Made by a program: the position numbers and the translations under genes
The notes under the pieces: model-generated
What the model was told of the DNA's origin: nothing
Database searches by the model: none
The model's input: the letters and a program-made list of their open reading frames with translations, nothing else
Shown here: one piece after another, positions 13,769-26,494 of the stretch
Layout of the letters: each line of letters starts with the position of its first letter
Position numbering within the stretch: the first letter of the stretch is position 1
DNA from: Mobula hypostoma
Taxonomy: Eukaryota
Length of the DNA: 64,000 nucleotides
NCBI RefSeq assembly: GCF_963921235.1
Contig: NC_086097.1
Location: forward strand, 217,808,001-217,872,000
Direction of reading: 5' to 3'

Positions 13769-14560
13769 TGAGTATTGTGTGCAGTTCTGGTCACCTAACT
13801 ATAGGAAAGCTATCAGTAAGATTGAAACCATATAACCATATAACAATTACAGCACAGAAGCAGGCCATCTCGGCCCTTCTAGTCCATGCCAAATGCTTAC
13901 TCTCACCTAGTCCCACCGACCTGCACTCAGCCCATAACCCTCCATTCCTTTCCTGTCCATATAGCTAACCAATTTTACTTTAAATGACAAAATCTAGCCT
14001 GCCTCTACCACTTCTACTGGAAGCTCGTTCCACACAACTACCACTCTCTGAGTAAAGAAGTTCCCCCTCACGTTACCCCTAAACTTTTGCCCCCCAAGAG
14101 TGCAGAGATTTACTAGGATGTTGCCGGGTCTTCAGGAGTTGAGTTACAGGGAAAGATTGAACAGGTTAGGACTTTATTCCTTGGAGCGTAGAAGAATGAG
14201 GGGAGATTTGATAGAGGTTTACAAAATTATGAGGGGTACAGACAGAGTAAATGAATGTAGGCTTCGATTAGATTAGGAGAGATAAATACGAAAGGACATG
14301 GCTTTCGGGTGAAAGGGGAAAGGTTTAGGGGGAACATCTTTACTCAGAGAGTGGTGGGAGTCTGGAAGAAGATGCCATCTGACGTGGTAAATATGGGCTC
14401 ACTCTTAAGTTTTAAGAATAAATTGGATAGATACACGGATAGGAGAAGTCCGCAGGGTTATGGACTGGGTGCAGGTCAATGGGACTAGGGGAATAAAGTT
14501 TCGGCACAGACTAGAAGGGCCGAATGGCCTGTTCACTGTGCTGTAGTGTTCTATGGTTCT
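13769..14560 (+). mobile_element. Younger CR1 3' fragment containing an inverted CR1 3' end (about 13827-14096)
   Basis: EYCVQFWSP...KIE is interrupted and resumes at RVQRF (about 14097); tail ctatggttct. Confidence 0.85.
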
Positions 14561-16712
14561 AAATGAATGTTAACATTGCATTTCCCTTCCTTCCAGCCAA
14601 CTCCCCAACCTGCAAGCTCACTTTTAAGGAATCCTGCTCAAGGACTCCAAAGTCACTCTACATGTCCGAGTTTTGAATTTTCTCGTTTAGAAAATAGTCT
14701 ATGAAAGTACATGACCATACACTTCCTTGCACTGTATTCCACCTGCCACTTCTTTGTCAATTCTCTTAATCTGTCCATGTCCTTCTGCAGACCTCCTGCT
14801 TCCTCAACTCTGCTTCCTCTTCCACTTATCTTTGTATCATCCACAAACTTGCCCATAAAACCATCAATTCCATTATCTAGATCATTGATATATAATGTGA
14901 AAAGTAGTGGACCTAACACTGATCCCTGCAGAACATCATCAGTCACTGGCAGCCAATCAAAAGAGGCCTCTTTATTCCCACTTTTTGCCTCCTGCTAGTC
15001 AGCCAATCACCTGACCATGCTAGTATTTTTCCTGTAATACCATGAGCTCTTACGTTGTTTAGCAGCCTCATGAGCAGCATCTTGTCAAAGGCCTTCTGGA
15101 AATTCAATAAACATCTTCTGACTCTCCTTTATCCATCCTCTCTGTTTTTACCTCAGAGAATTCCAACAGATTTGTCAGGAAAGATTTCCCCTGGAGGGAA
15201 CCATGTTGAGTTCGGCCTACTTTATAGAAACATAGAAAATAGGTGCAGGAGTAGGCCATTCGGCCCTTCGAGCCTGCACCACCATTTATTATGATCATGG
15301 CTGATCATCCAACTCAGAACCCCGCCCCAGCCTTCCCTCCATACCCCCTGATCCCCGTAGGCACAAGGGCCATATCTAACTCCCCTTATCAAGTGCTTCC
15401 AGGTAACACCAAAACCTCATCCTTAATAATGGAGCTAATATCTTGCCAGCCACTGAAATCAGGCTAACTGGCCTATAATTTCCTGTCTTTTGCCTCCCTC
15501 CTTAAAGATTTGAGTGACATTTGCAATTTTCCAGTCCTCTGGAACCATTCCAGAATCTTAAGATTCTTAAAAGGTCACTACTTAGTAATAGCAACTACAC
15601 TCACTTCTTCTCCCTGATAGTCTTGAATTTCTGTCTTGCATTGGTGTCTTCCACAGTGGAAGACTAACACAAAATGCTTATTCAGTTCGTCCACCATTTC
15701 TTTGCTTCCCATCACTACCTCACCAACATCATGTCCGCCCTTGCCTCCCTTTTAGAATGGAGATGAGGAGGAACTTCTTTAGCCAGAGAGTGGTGAATCT
15801 GTGAAATTCTTTGCCACAGGCAATTATGGAGGCCAAATCTTTACGTATATTTAAGGCAGAGGTTGAAAAATTCTTGATTGGTCAGGGCATGAAGGGATAC
15901 AGGGAGAAAGCAGAAGATTGTGGCTAAGATGAAAATTGGATCAGCCGTGATGAAATGGCAGAGCAGACTCGATGGGCCAAATGGCCCAATTTTGCTCCTA
16001 CAACTTATGGTCTTTTACTCTGTATACATCTGTAACAATTTTTGGTATCCTCTGTTACATTTTTGATTAGCTTAACTTCATATTTATTTTTTTTCTCCTT
16101 ATTGCTTTTCAGCTGACTTTTGTTGGTTTTTAAAAGATTCCCACTAATTTTTGCAATCTTGTATGTCCTCTCTTTTGCTTTTATATTGCCCTTGACTTCC
16201 TTTATCAGCTTCGTCCTTTCTCTAAAATGCATCTTTTTCTTTGGGATGGTCCTACATCTTCTGAGTTACTTCCAGAAACCAGCCATTGCTGATCTACTGT
16301 CATCACTGCTAGTATTCCCTTCCAATTAACTCCACCAGCTCTTCTTTCATGCCTCTGTAGTTATCCATACTCAACTGCAATACTGATACATCAATTTTAG
16401 TTTCTCCTCTCAAATTGCAGGGTGAAGCCAATCATATTATGAGCACTGCTTCCTAAGGTTCCTTTACCTTAACCTCCCTGATCAAATCTGGTTCGTTATA
16501 CAACACCTGATTCAGAATTGCCCTTTCCCCAACGGATTTGACCACATGCACCCCTAAAAAGTCATCTTGTAGGCATTCTACAGAATCCTTCTCTTGGGAT
16601 CCAGCACCATTTCCTAATATACCTGCAGATTGAAATCCTCCATGAATAGCATGACATTGCCCTTTTGACATGCCTTTTCGATCTCCCATTGCAATTTGTA
16701 CCCTACACCACA

Positions 16713-17040
16713 CTTCAAAGATAACATCAAAATTGGCCTGAAGAAATTCAACATTACATCAAAAAACTGGGAAGACATTGCACTCTAATAGATACACCTA
16801 GAGGAGATCTGTTCAAGAGGGTGGTGCGCTACATTACAGTAGCCTCTGCTGTGCCACAGAGAACAAGTACAGCTGCAAGAGGAGAGAATGAACAACCAAA
16901 AGACCTGATCACTAACCACAGCCACCACTTACTCATGTCCACACAGTACCAGAATACGTGGATCCTGGATCAGCCTCTGCAGCCAACTGAGGACCCAGCA
17001 ACCCCTTAGAACATTTTATTTGAAATGAGCGATCATACTA
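16713..17040 (+). mobile_element. RTE-clade LINE 3' fragment
   Basis: FKDNIKIGLKKFNITSKNWEDIAL and a degenerate C2H2-like CPHS.RI.GS.I.L.S.LRT; (tac)n tail; possible TSD ctacaccaca/ctacactaca. Confidence 0.65.
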
Positions 17041-17829
17041 CTACACTACATCCTGGCTACTGTTCAGAGGCCTTCCATCAAGGATTTTTTTCCACCCTTG
17101 CAGTTTCTTATCTGTACCCACAAGGATTTTACATCTTCTGATCCTATGCCACCTCTTTCTAAGGATTTGATTTCACTTTTACCAAAAGAGGTATCCTACT
17201 GATCTGCCCATTTGCCTGTCCTTTTAATACAATATGTATCCTTGGATGTTAAGCTCCCAACTGTGATCTTCTTTCAACTACAACTCTGTAATGTCTACAA
17301 CATCATACCTGGCAATTTCTAACTGTGCTATAAGGTTGTTTACCTTATTTCATATACTGCTATACTGTATGTATTCAAATACAACACCTTCAGCCCTGCA
17401 TTCACTACACTTTTTGGTTTTGTCTTCATGTTGCCTGAGGTTAAATTCTTATTGCTCTGTTAACTTTTTGTCTTATTCTTTATTCTGGAGTCTTCCATAA
17501 CCTCTCTGGCACTCACTTCACTTTTACTTTTATCCATACTTTTCCAAGCTATTGAAACCACCCCCCCCCCAACATTTATTTAGTTTTAAGCCCAATCCGC
17601 ACCCCTAGTTATACAATTTGACAGAACCTTGTCAGCACTTTACAGGTGGAGCCTGTTCCATCTGAACAATTTCCTCCATCCCCAATACTGGTGCCAATGC
17701 CCCACAAATTCAAACCCACTTCTCCCACACCAGTCTCTGAGCCACACATTTATCATACTGATCTTATTAACCCTGTGCCAACCTGCATGTGGCTCAGATA
17801 ATAATTCAGAGATCATTCATTTTTTGGTT

Positions 17830-20800
17830 AGACCATAAGACATAGGAGCAGAATTAGGTCACTTGACCCTCGAGTCTTCCCCACCAATCAATCATGGTTG
17901 ATCCTTTTTCTCCCCCTCCTCAGCCCCACTCCCCAGCATTCTCCCCATAACCTTTGATGCTGTGGCCGCACCCAATAGCCTAGCCTCCACAGCTGCCTGT
18001 GGTAACAACTTCCACAAATTCATCACCTTCTGGCTAAGGAAATTTCTCCACATCTCTATTTTAAATGGACAGCCCTCTATCCTGAGGATCTGCCCTCTTG
18101 TCTTAGACTCCCCCATCACAGGAAACATCCTTTTCACATCTACTCTGTCTAGGCCTTTCAACATTTGAAAGTTTTCAATGAGATTCCCTCCACCATCCTT
18201 CTAAATTCCATCGTGTACAGGCCCAGAACTTTCAAACATTCCCCATATGTTGGAAATCCTTTCATTCCCAGAATCATCCTTGTGAACCTCCTCTGAACCC
18301 TCCACAGAGTCAGCACATCTTGTTTCAAATAAGGAGCTCAAAATTGTTCATAATACTCAAAGTGAGGCCTCACTATGCCTTATAAAGCCTCACCATCGCA
18401 TCCCTGCTCTTATATTGTAGTCCTCATTATGAATGCCAAGATTGCATTTGCCTTCCTCAGCACCGACTCAACCTGCAAGCTGGCCTTTAGGATCAACAAG
18501 GTCTTCCAAGTTCCATTGCATTTCAGATTTTTGGATTTTCTCCCCTTTTAGAAAATAATCTGCACATTTATTTCTACTACCAAAGTGCATGGCCATGCAT
18601 TTTCCAACATTGTATTTCATTGGCCACTTTCTTCCCCATTCTTCAAATCTGTCTAAGTCCTGCAGCCTTCCTGTTTCCTCAATACTACCTGCCCCTCCAC
18701 TAATCTTTGTATCATCTGCAAATTTGGCAAAAAAGCCATCTACTCCATCATCTAAATCATTGATATGCAGCATAAAAAACAGTCCCAACACCAACCCCTG
18801 CAGAACACCACTAGTAACTGTCAGCCAACCAGAAAAGGATCCTTTTATTCCCACTAGTTGTCTCCTATCAATCAACCATTGCTCTAATAAGGCTAGTAAC
18901 TTTTCTGTAATACCATGGGCTTTTAACTTGGTAAGCAGCTTCATGTGTGGCACCTTGTCAAAGGCCTTCTGAAAATCCAAATTTACAACATCCACTGCAT
19001 CTTTTTTAGTTTTAGTCTATCCTACTTGTAATCTCCTCAAAGAATTCCAGCAGGTTCATCAGACAAGATTTTCCCTTAAGGAAACCATTCTGACGTTGTT
19101 CTATCTTGTCCTGTGTCACCAAGTATTCCATAATCTCATCCTTAACAATTGACTCTAACATCTTCCCAACCACTGAGGTCAGACTAACTGGTCTATAATT
19201 TCCTTTCTACTGCCTCCCTCTTAAAGAGTGGAGTGACATTTGTAATCCAGTCCTGCGGAACCATGCCAGAATCCAATAATTCTTTATAGGTTATTACTAA
19301 TGCCTCCACAATCTTTACCGCTATCTCTTTCAGAATCCTAGGGTGCAGTTTATCTGGTCCATGTGACTTATGTATCTTTAGGTCTTTCAGCTTTTTGAGT
19401 ACCTTCTTGCTTGCAATAGTAACTACACTCACTTCTCTTCCCTCACATCCTTCAACACCTGACACACTGTTAGTGTCTTCCACAGTGAAGGCTGATGCAA
19501 AATACTCATTTACTTCATCTGCCAATCTCCTTGCCTCCCATTATTATTTCTCTAGCCTCATTTTCTCGCAGTCCTATATCCATATCCACTTATTTCTCTT
19601 TTTTTATATATATATGAAAAAGATTTTACTATCCACCTTGATTTTGTTTGCTAGCTTGCTTTCATATTTCATCTTTTAGAACCATAGAACACTACAGAAC
19701 AGAAAACAGGCCATTCAGCCCTTCTAGTCTGTGCCGAAACTTTATTCCGCTAGTCCCATTGACCTGCATCCAGTCTATAACCCTCCAGACCTCTCCCATC
19801 CATGTACCTATCCAGTTTATTCTTAAAATGTAAGAGTGAGCCCGCATTTACGTCAGATGGCAGCTTGTTCCACACTCCCACCACTCTCTGAGTGAAGAAG
19901 TTCCCCCTAATGTTCCTCATAAACCCTTCCCCTTTCACCCTAAAGCCATGTCCTCTCGTATTTATCTCTCCTAATCACATTTACTCCATCTATACCCCTC
20001 ATAATTTTGTAAACCTCTATCAAATCTCCCCTCATTCTTCTACGCTCCAAGGAATAAAATCCTAACCTGTTCAATCTTGCCCTGTAACTCAACTCCTGAA
20101 GACCTGGCAACATCCTAGTAAATCTTCTGTGCACTCTTTCAATCTTACTGATATCCTTCCTATAGCTAGGTGACCAGAACTGTACACAATACTCCAAATT
20201 TGGCCTCACCAATGTCTTATATAACCTCCCCATAACATCCCAACTCCTATACTCAACACTTTGATTTATGAATGCCAGGATGCCCGAAGCCTTCTTTACA
20301 ACCCTGTCTACCTGTGATGCCACTTTCAGGGAATTATGTATCTGAACTCCCAGATCTCTTTGTTCCTCCACACTCCTCAGTGCCCTACCATTTACTGTGT
20401 ATTTCCCACCTTGATTTGTCCTTCCAAAATGCAACACCTCACACTTATCTGCATTAAATTCCATCTGCCACTTTCTGGCCCTCCCCTCCAGTTGGTCCAG
20501 ATCCCTCTGCAAGCTTTGAAAGCCTTCCTTGCTGTCCACAACACCTCCAATCTTAGTGTCATCAACAAACTTGCTGATCTAATTTACCACATTGTTATCT
20601 AGATCATTGATATAGACAACAATAAACAATGGACCCAGCACAGATCCTTGAGGCACACCACTAGTCACAGGCCTCCAGTCTGATAAGACACTTTTCCCTC
20701 TGAATTATTCTTTTAGTTGCTTTCTGTAGGTTTTTAAAAGCTTCCCAATCCTCTGCCTTCCCACTAAATGTTGCTTTGTTGTATGCCCTCTATTTTGCTT

Positions 20801-22800
20801 TTACATTAGCTTTGACTTCCCTTGTCAGCCACAATTGTACTATTTTGCCATTTGAGTATTTCTTTGTTTTTGAAATACATCTATCCTGCACCTTCCTCAA
20901 TTTTTCCAGAAACTCAAGCTATTGCTGCTCTGCTGTCTTTCCGGCCAGCATCTTCTTCCAATTCACTTCGGCCAACTTCTCTGCCCTACCACTGTGATTT
21001 CCTTTGCTCCGCTGAAAAACTGCTACATCAGATTTTACTTTCTCCCTGTCAAATTTCAAGATGAACTCAAATCATATCCTGATCACTGTCTCCTAAGGGT
21101 TCCTTTACCTGAAGCTCCCTAATTGCCTCTGGTTCATTACATAACACCCAATTCATTATAGCTGATTCCCTAGTAGGCTTAACAACAAACTGCTCTAAAA
21201 AGCTATCTCCTGGGTATTCAACAAACTCACTCTTTTGAGATCCATTACCAACCTGATTTTCCCAATCGACCTGCATGTTAAAATCTCCCATAACTACCAT
21301 AACATTGCTCCTTTGACACGCCTTTTCTATTTGCCATTGTCATCTGTAGTCCACATCCCAGCTACTGTTTGGAGGCCTGTATATAACTGCATTCAGGAAC
21401 CTTTTACCCTTGCAGTTTCTTTACTCAACCCACAAGAATTCAACATCTTCCAATCCTACGTTACATCTTTCTAATGATTTGATCCTATTCTTTACCAGCA
21501 GAGCCTTGCCACCCTGTCTGCCTGCCTTCTGATCCTTCCGATACAATGTGTAACCTTGGACATTCAGCTCCCAGCTACAACCATCCTTCAGCCATGATTC
21601 AGTGATGACCACAACATCATACCTGGCAATTTGTAAGAGTGCAGCAAGATCATCCACTTTATTTCTTATACTCATGCATTGAGATATAACATTGTGAATA
21701 CTGTATTTGCTACCCTTTTTTGATTCTGCATCCCTAGTGCACTGATACTTACCCTGCTGGCTGCAATTCTGTCCTATCATCTGCCTGCGCTTCTTGACAG
21801 TCTAACTGCATGCCATCTGTTTTTTTTTAAACCATCTGCCCTATCCTGATTCCCTTCACTCCAGTTCCCATTCCACTGCCAAATTAGTTTAAATCCTCCC
21901 CAAAAGCTCTAACAAACCAGCCCCTGAGAATTTGATCCCCTTCAGGTTCATGTACAACCCGTCTCCTTTGTACTGGTCATACCTTCCCCAGGAAGAGATC
22001 CCAATAATCCAAGAACCTGAACCTGGCTCTAAGTTTTAATTTGGTCCCTAACTGCTCATATTCCCTCAACAGAATCTCTTTCCTTGTTCTTTCTATGTCA
22101 TTGTTATATGGTTCATAACAACTGGATCTTTCCCCTCCCACTCTAAATTCCTCTCCAGGTCATATGAAATGTTCCAAATTCAGGCACCAGGCAGACAATA
22201 CAGCTTTGAGGATTCTCAATCCTAATGGCAGAGAAATGTGTCTATTACCCTGAGGAGACAGTTCCCAATTAGAACTACATTTCTCTTCTCTTCTAATCTA
22301 ATCTAATCTTCTCCCAAATGGCTCCCTGAACCACAATTTGGTTGCTTATCCTTCACCACTCTCATCCTCACAAGGAGCAACAATCTCAGACCTTTCAAGT
22401 TCAAGGGCTTAGCCTCCTCCAGTACTACTTCTTGAATCCCCCCTACCTGCCTCACTCAGTCACACCATCTTGTCCCTGAACAGAGATTGAATTTAAAGTA
22501 GTTAATTAATGGGTGTAACTGCCTCCTGTAACATAGTATCCAGGTAATCCTCCACCTCCCTGATGCATCACAGTGCTTGAAGCTCGGATTTCAGGTCATC
22601 AACTTTGAACTTGAGCTCCTCGAGCAACTAACACTTACTGCAGACGTGGTCATCGGAAACCGTAATGGGGCCCACTAGCTCCCACATCATGCACCCACAA
22701 CATATCAACTGAACATGCATCCTTACTTCATTTAATTACATCTTTTTAGTTAACTACTTTCTAAAAAAAACCTCATCGGTTCTTACCTTCTACTTTCCTA
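17830..22800 (-). mobile_element. Near-full-length decayed CR1 (ORF1 remnant, APE, RT, 3'UTR)
   Basis: APE ORFs 21421..21780 and 21067..21300, RT ORFs 19193..19525 and 18468..18995, 3' ORF 17892..18164. Confidence 0.92.
19677..20690 (-). mobile_element. Younger CR1 subfamily nested in the older CR1
   Basis: 199-aa ORF 19940..20539; tail agaaccatagaac; same subfamily as 13769-14560. Confidence 0.9.
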
Positions 22801-23129
22801 TGCCTCCTTGCTGAAGCCTCTTGGGCCAACGCCTCAGTTACCCATTCTAACCTTCTCACTATGGTAGCTCCCACACTGGCCGCTCCACTAAATCCTAACT
22901 TTTTTTATTGCCCCTTGCTGAATGCCTAATAGTCCAATGAATCTCAAAGTTAGCAGAATGTCCCAACAGGCCCTGCTTGCTTTTAAAATGTGGCACTACC
23001 CATGACAGCGCCACAATCTCAAACTTAATTGTGCTCATTGACGTTGATTGGCTTTTTATAAACCATTCAGGGAATTTCTAGATTGTTATTGTACACAAAA
23101 TTGATTTCAGTGTGGTATTAAGGAATCTT

Positions 23130-23355
23130 ACACTGTTCAACATACAATTCAAATGTTAAATTGAGGTCCTTTCTATCCTTCAGAATTGATATAAATGATC
23201 CCATGGCACCATTCAGAAAAGAAGAGGGATTTCTCTGATATTCACACAATGAACATTGCTGGGATGATTCAAATTGCCCATTTATTTCATTGTTTTTTGT
23301 GTGACCTTGCCATGTGCAAATTGGTTTCAATATTTCTCTATATTGCCACAATGAA
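23130..23355 (+). mobile_element. Deu-domain SINE remnant
   Basis: gatcccatggcaccatt...gaagag...cattgttttttgtgtgaccttgccatgtgcaaattgg resembles the Deu domain; recognised from memory only. Confidence 0.6.
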
Positions 23356-23404
23356 AAAACCTCAAATGCAAGGTCTGAGCAACACAAGGTCATAAAGATG
23401 TATC

Positions 23405-23493
23405 AAACAATCTGCTGGAGGAACTTAGCATGGCAACCAGCATTTGAGTGTGGGGGTGAGAAGGAATTGTTCAGTTCCTCCAGCAGATTGTTT
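23405..23493. repeat. Perfect 21-bp inverted repeat derived from a Penelope terminus
   Basis: aaacaatctgctggaggaact (23405-23425) / agttcctccagcagattgttt (23473-23493), 47-nt spacer. Confidence 0.9.
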
Positions 23494-23637
23494 TTTGCTG
23501 CAGATTCCAGGATCTACAGTTTCTTATGTATTAATAAAAAGTGATCCGATAAAACAAGTGCTTTCTGAAAATATTGGTCTAATTATATCTTTGCTTTCAA
23601 TATTCATTTCAAAGAAACAAATATCTAGATTGGCTTA

Positions 23638-23841
<204 letters not shown>

Positions 23842-26494
23842 TTAATGTAAATAAAATGTAATCTCACTTTGTATCAAAAATATACCTATGCACTTACAGA
23901 TTTTAAACATCTTCTAAGCATGTCATCAATTTTATATTAAAATGACAGAAATATACCTTCTATATCTTCTATATATAATACATACTTTCAAGAATAAACA
24001 TTAATACTACGTATTTTGTGGAATAAAATTACACAAGTTTTATTACTTAATAAATTAAGATAAGATACAAGAGGATAATGCACCAGACACAATGTACATG
24101 AAAAGAAAAAACATCCAAAAAAAATTGAATCCCATGGAACGAACAAAGCAGTTGCGTCATGAATAATAAATTGGCTAAGGACTAGGAAAAGATGGGGATT
24201 GAAACTAATGGGCAACACAGCCCAAGGAAAGGTCAAAGTGATACCCAGATGGTTCTGTACTAAGCCTGTTGCTGTTGTCAATATACCTTTATCAAAACAA
24301 CTTTAATTAGGCTGAAAAGTCACAATTTCAAAATATGAAGTCACAAAACTGGCCGCATGGAAAACAAAGCTATGATAACCAAGACAATATAGCCTTAGCC
24401 AACCCAGTAAAAGTGGGCTAATTAAAGCCATAGCAAAAATGTTTGCAGGAACACAGCAGGATCAGAGACCAAATCTTTACTGCAGCAGGAAACACCAATA
24501 GATTGAGTAGAAGTATTTCAAACTGCACAGAACTTGATAAGATGAATAAAAATTACTGCCTCTGGCTGGGGAAATCTTGACAAGGCACTTTGATTTAAAT
24601 TTATTATTGGCAATGAGAGGAGAAAGTTAGGAGACATTTCTTAACGAGCACAGTAAACAACCTGAGTTATCGGCACATTTTTGTGGAAGAAGAGTACAAA
24701 TATGTTTGCTTTAAAACAATATTTGAACAGATTTTCTTTGAATATGGCAATCAGGAATATAGCGTTCCTCCCACCAATAACCAACTAAAAAATAAGCAGT
24801 AATATTATGTGCATGTAAACATACTTCTCATATGATATTAAGAATGCATGTACATGTTCCCCCCAAAATCAGCCAACATTAATTCCTGGATATGCCATTA
24901 GTCACACATGATTTACTACCTGCAAATTTTCTTTAAAGATAATGGGTGCAAGTTTGTAATGGTATATGACAAGATGAAATGACAAATTATTAAATTGACA
25001 TTTTGGTTATAAAGGCAATTTTTATCATGTAATAAACTGGGCAACAACTCGCAACTCATGTAGGTGGTTGTAGGTGTGTGGAATTTCCTACTTGAAGATG
25101 TATAGTTCCTCCACATGCTTCACTACACTAGTTTAAAACCTTTGATGAAATAAATCATATAAATGGCATGCGAAGCCTTAATTACTACCAAACAATCTAT
25201 CTAATACATTAATTATTGTAGAATTTTAAAAAATTTTTTTAATGAGCTTTATCTTTCTTAGTCTTTATTTTCCTTTCAGCTACATGATTTTATATTTAAT
25301 TAAGTATACTTTTTGATCCAGACTTTTCAGTTCTTAGTGAGGATTCCAGATTTTGATTGTTTGACAAATCATTCTATTACTTGTTCTGTTTCAAACATAC
25401 AGTAGATCTTTAATGGAGACATGACGGTATAAATGTTCTCTAATTAGTCTAAACATGCCTTACAATATTTCACAAAATACTTGCAGGATTTGTTAACATG
25501 TATCCCATTCCCCTAACCATAAAATCGAGGTCCAGATTACCAGTAAGCTCTGATTTACACTCCAAGGAGACACAATAGATGATTTGCTGAATATATTGTA
25601 CCATAGAAACATCATATAGAGGGAACTAATCACAAACTTTGTTCATTTTACATAGGAAGATTATTTAGTCTTTTCTTTTTGAATACAACGAAAGACATCT
25701 ACCTATTTTATCAATACCCACTTTCCATTGCCAAATGGAAACCACTTAGATATCAATATCATGTTTGATCCCACTAAATGAGAAAGGCCATCCCTTTTAT
25801 GAAGTAGTGGAGGTCCTATTTCTACTCATGGCTGCGAACTACAACTTTCAGGGCAAATAAATGGTGACTAATATTTATTTGCTTTCTGTTTGCATGTTTG
25901 TATTATTTGTGGGCACATGCAAAACAATTAAACTATGTACTAAAAACCTTTATCCAAGGAAAGGAAAAGTACCCTATTTTGCCTTGAAACTTATAGAATT
26001 GCAGGAAAGCAGAAATTTTGTGTCAAGTGCTTGGTCAAAGGGATGAAGAAAGATTTCCAGTCATCATTAAATCCTTAAACTTCCTTGAGTGTGAACCATT
26101 AAATATCTGAAAATCTTATGCTGAATTGCCTATAGTTTAGATATTAGAATAATAGGAAAGTGAATAGACCACTTAGATTTTTGACCTTTTCATACATACA
26201 ACAAAATCATTGCTGATCTTTAATCGAATATCATACATGTACCTCAGTTCCATGTCACTAAAAACCTTTGCTTAACCAATTGCAAAAGAAAATTATAAGC
26301 TTCTACTTTGTATAGAACTTCCCTGAAGACAATAGCTCTATTTTTTTGGCTATGTTTCCTAGTCTATTCCTCAAGCTCTGGAAGTATTTCTTCTCTAGAT
26401 ACCCTATTTTCCAGTTAATTCCCCTCTATATCTTGAAGATACCAATTAACCTCCCCTACTGTAAATTCCTAGTATTGCAACCCTGGTTTATTCA

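Larger units (their letters stand above)
13165..17830 (-). mobile_element. Long fragmented CR1 (APE to RT) hosting several younger insertions
   Basis: RT ORF 14653..14946, APE-like ORF 16453..16713; interrupted at 13769-14560, 15224-15385, 15753-16012 and 16713-17040. Confidence 0.85.
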
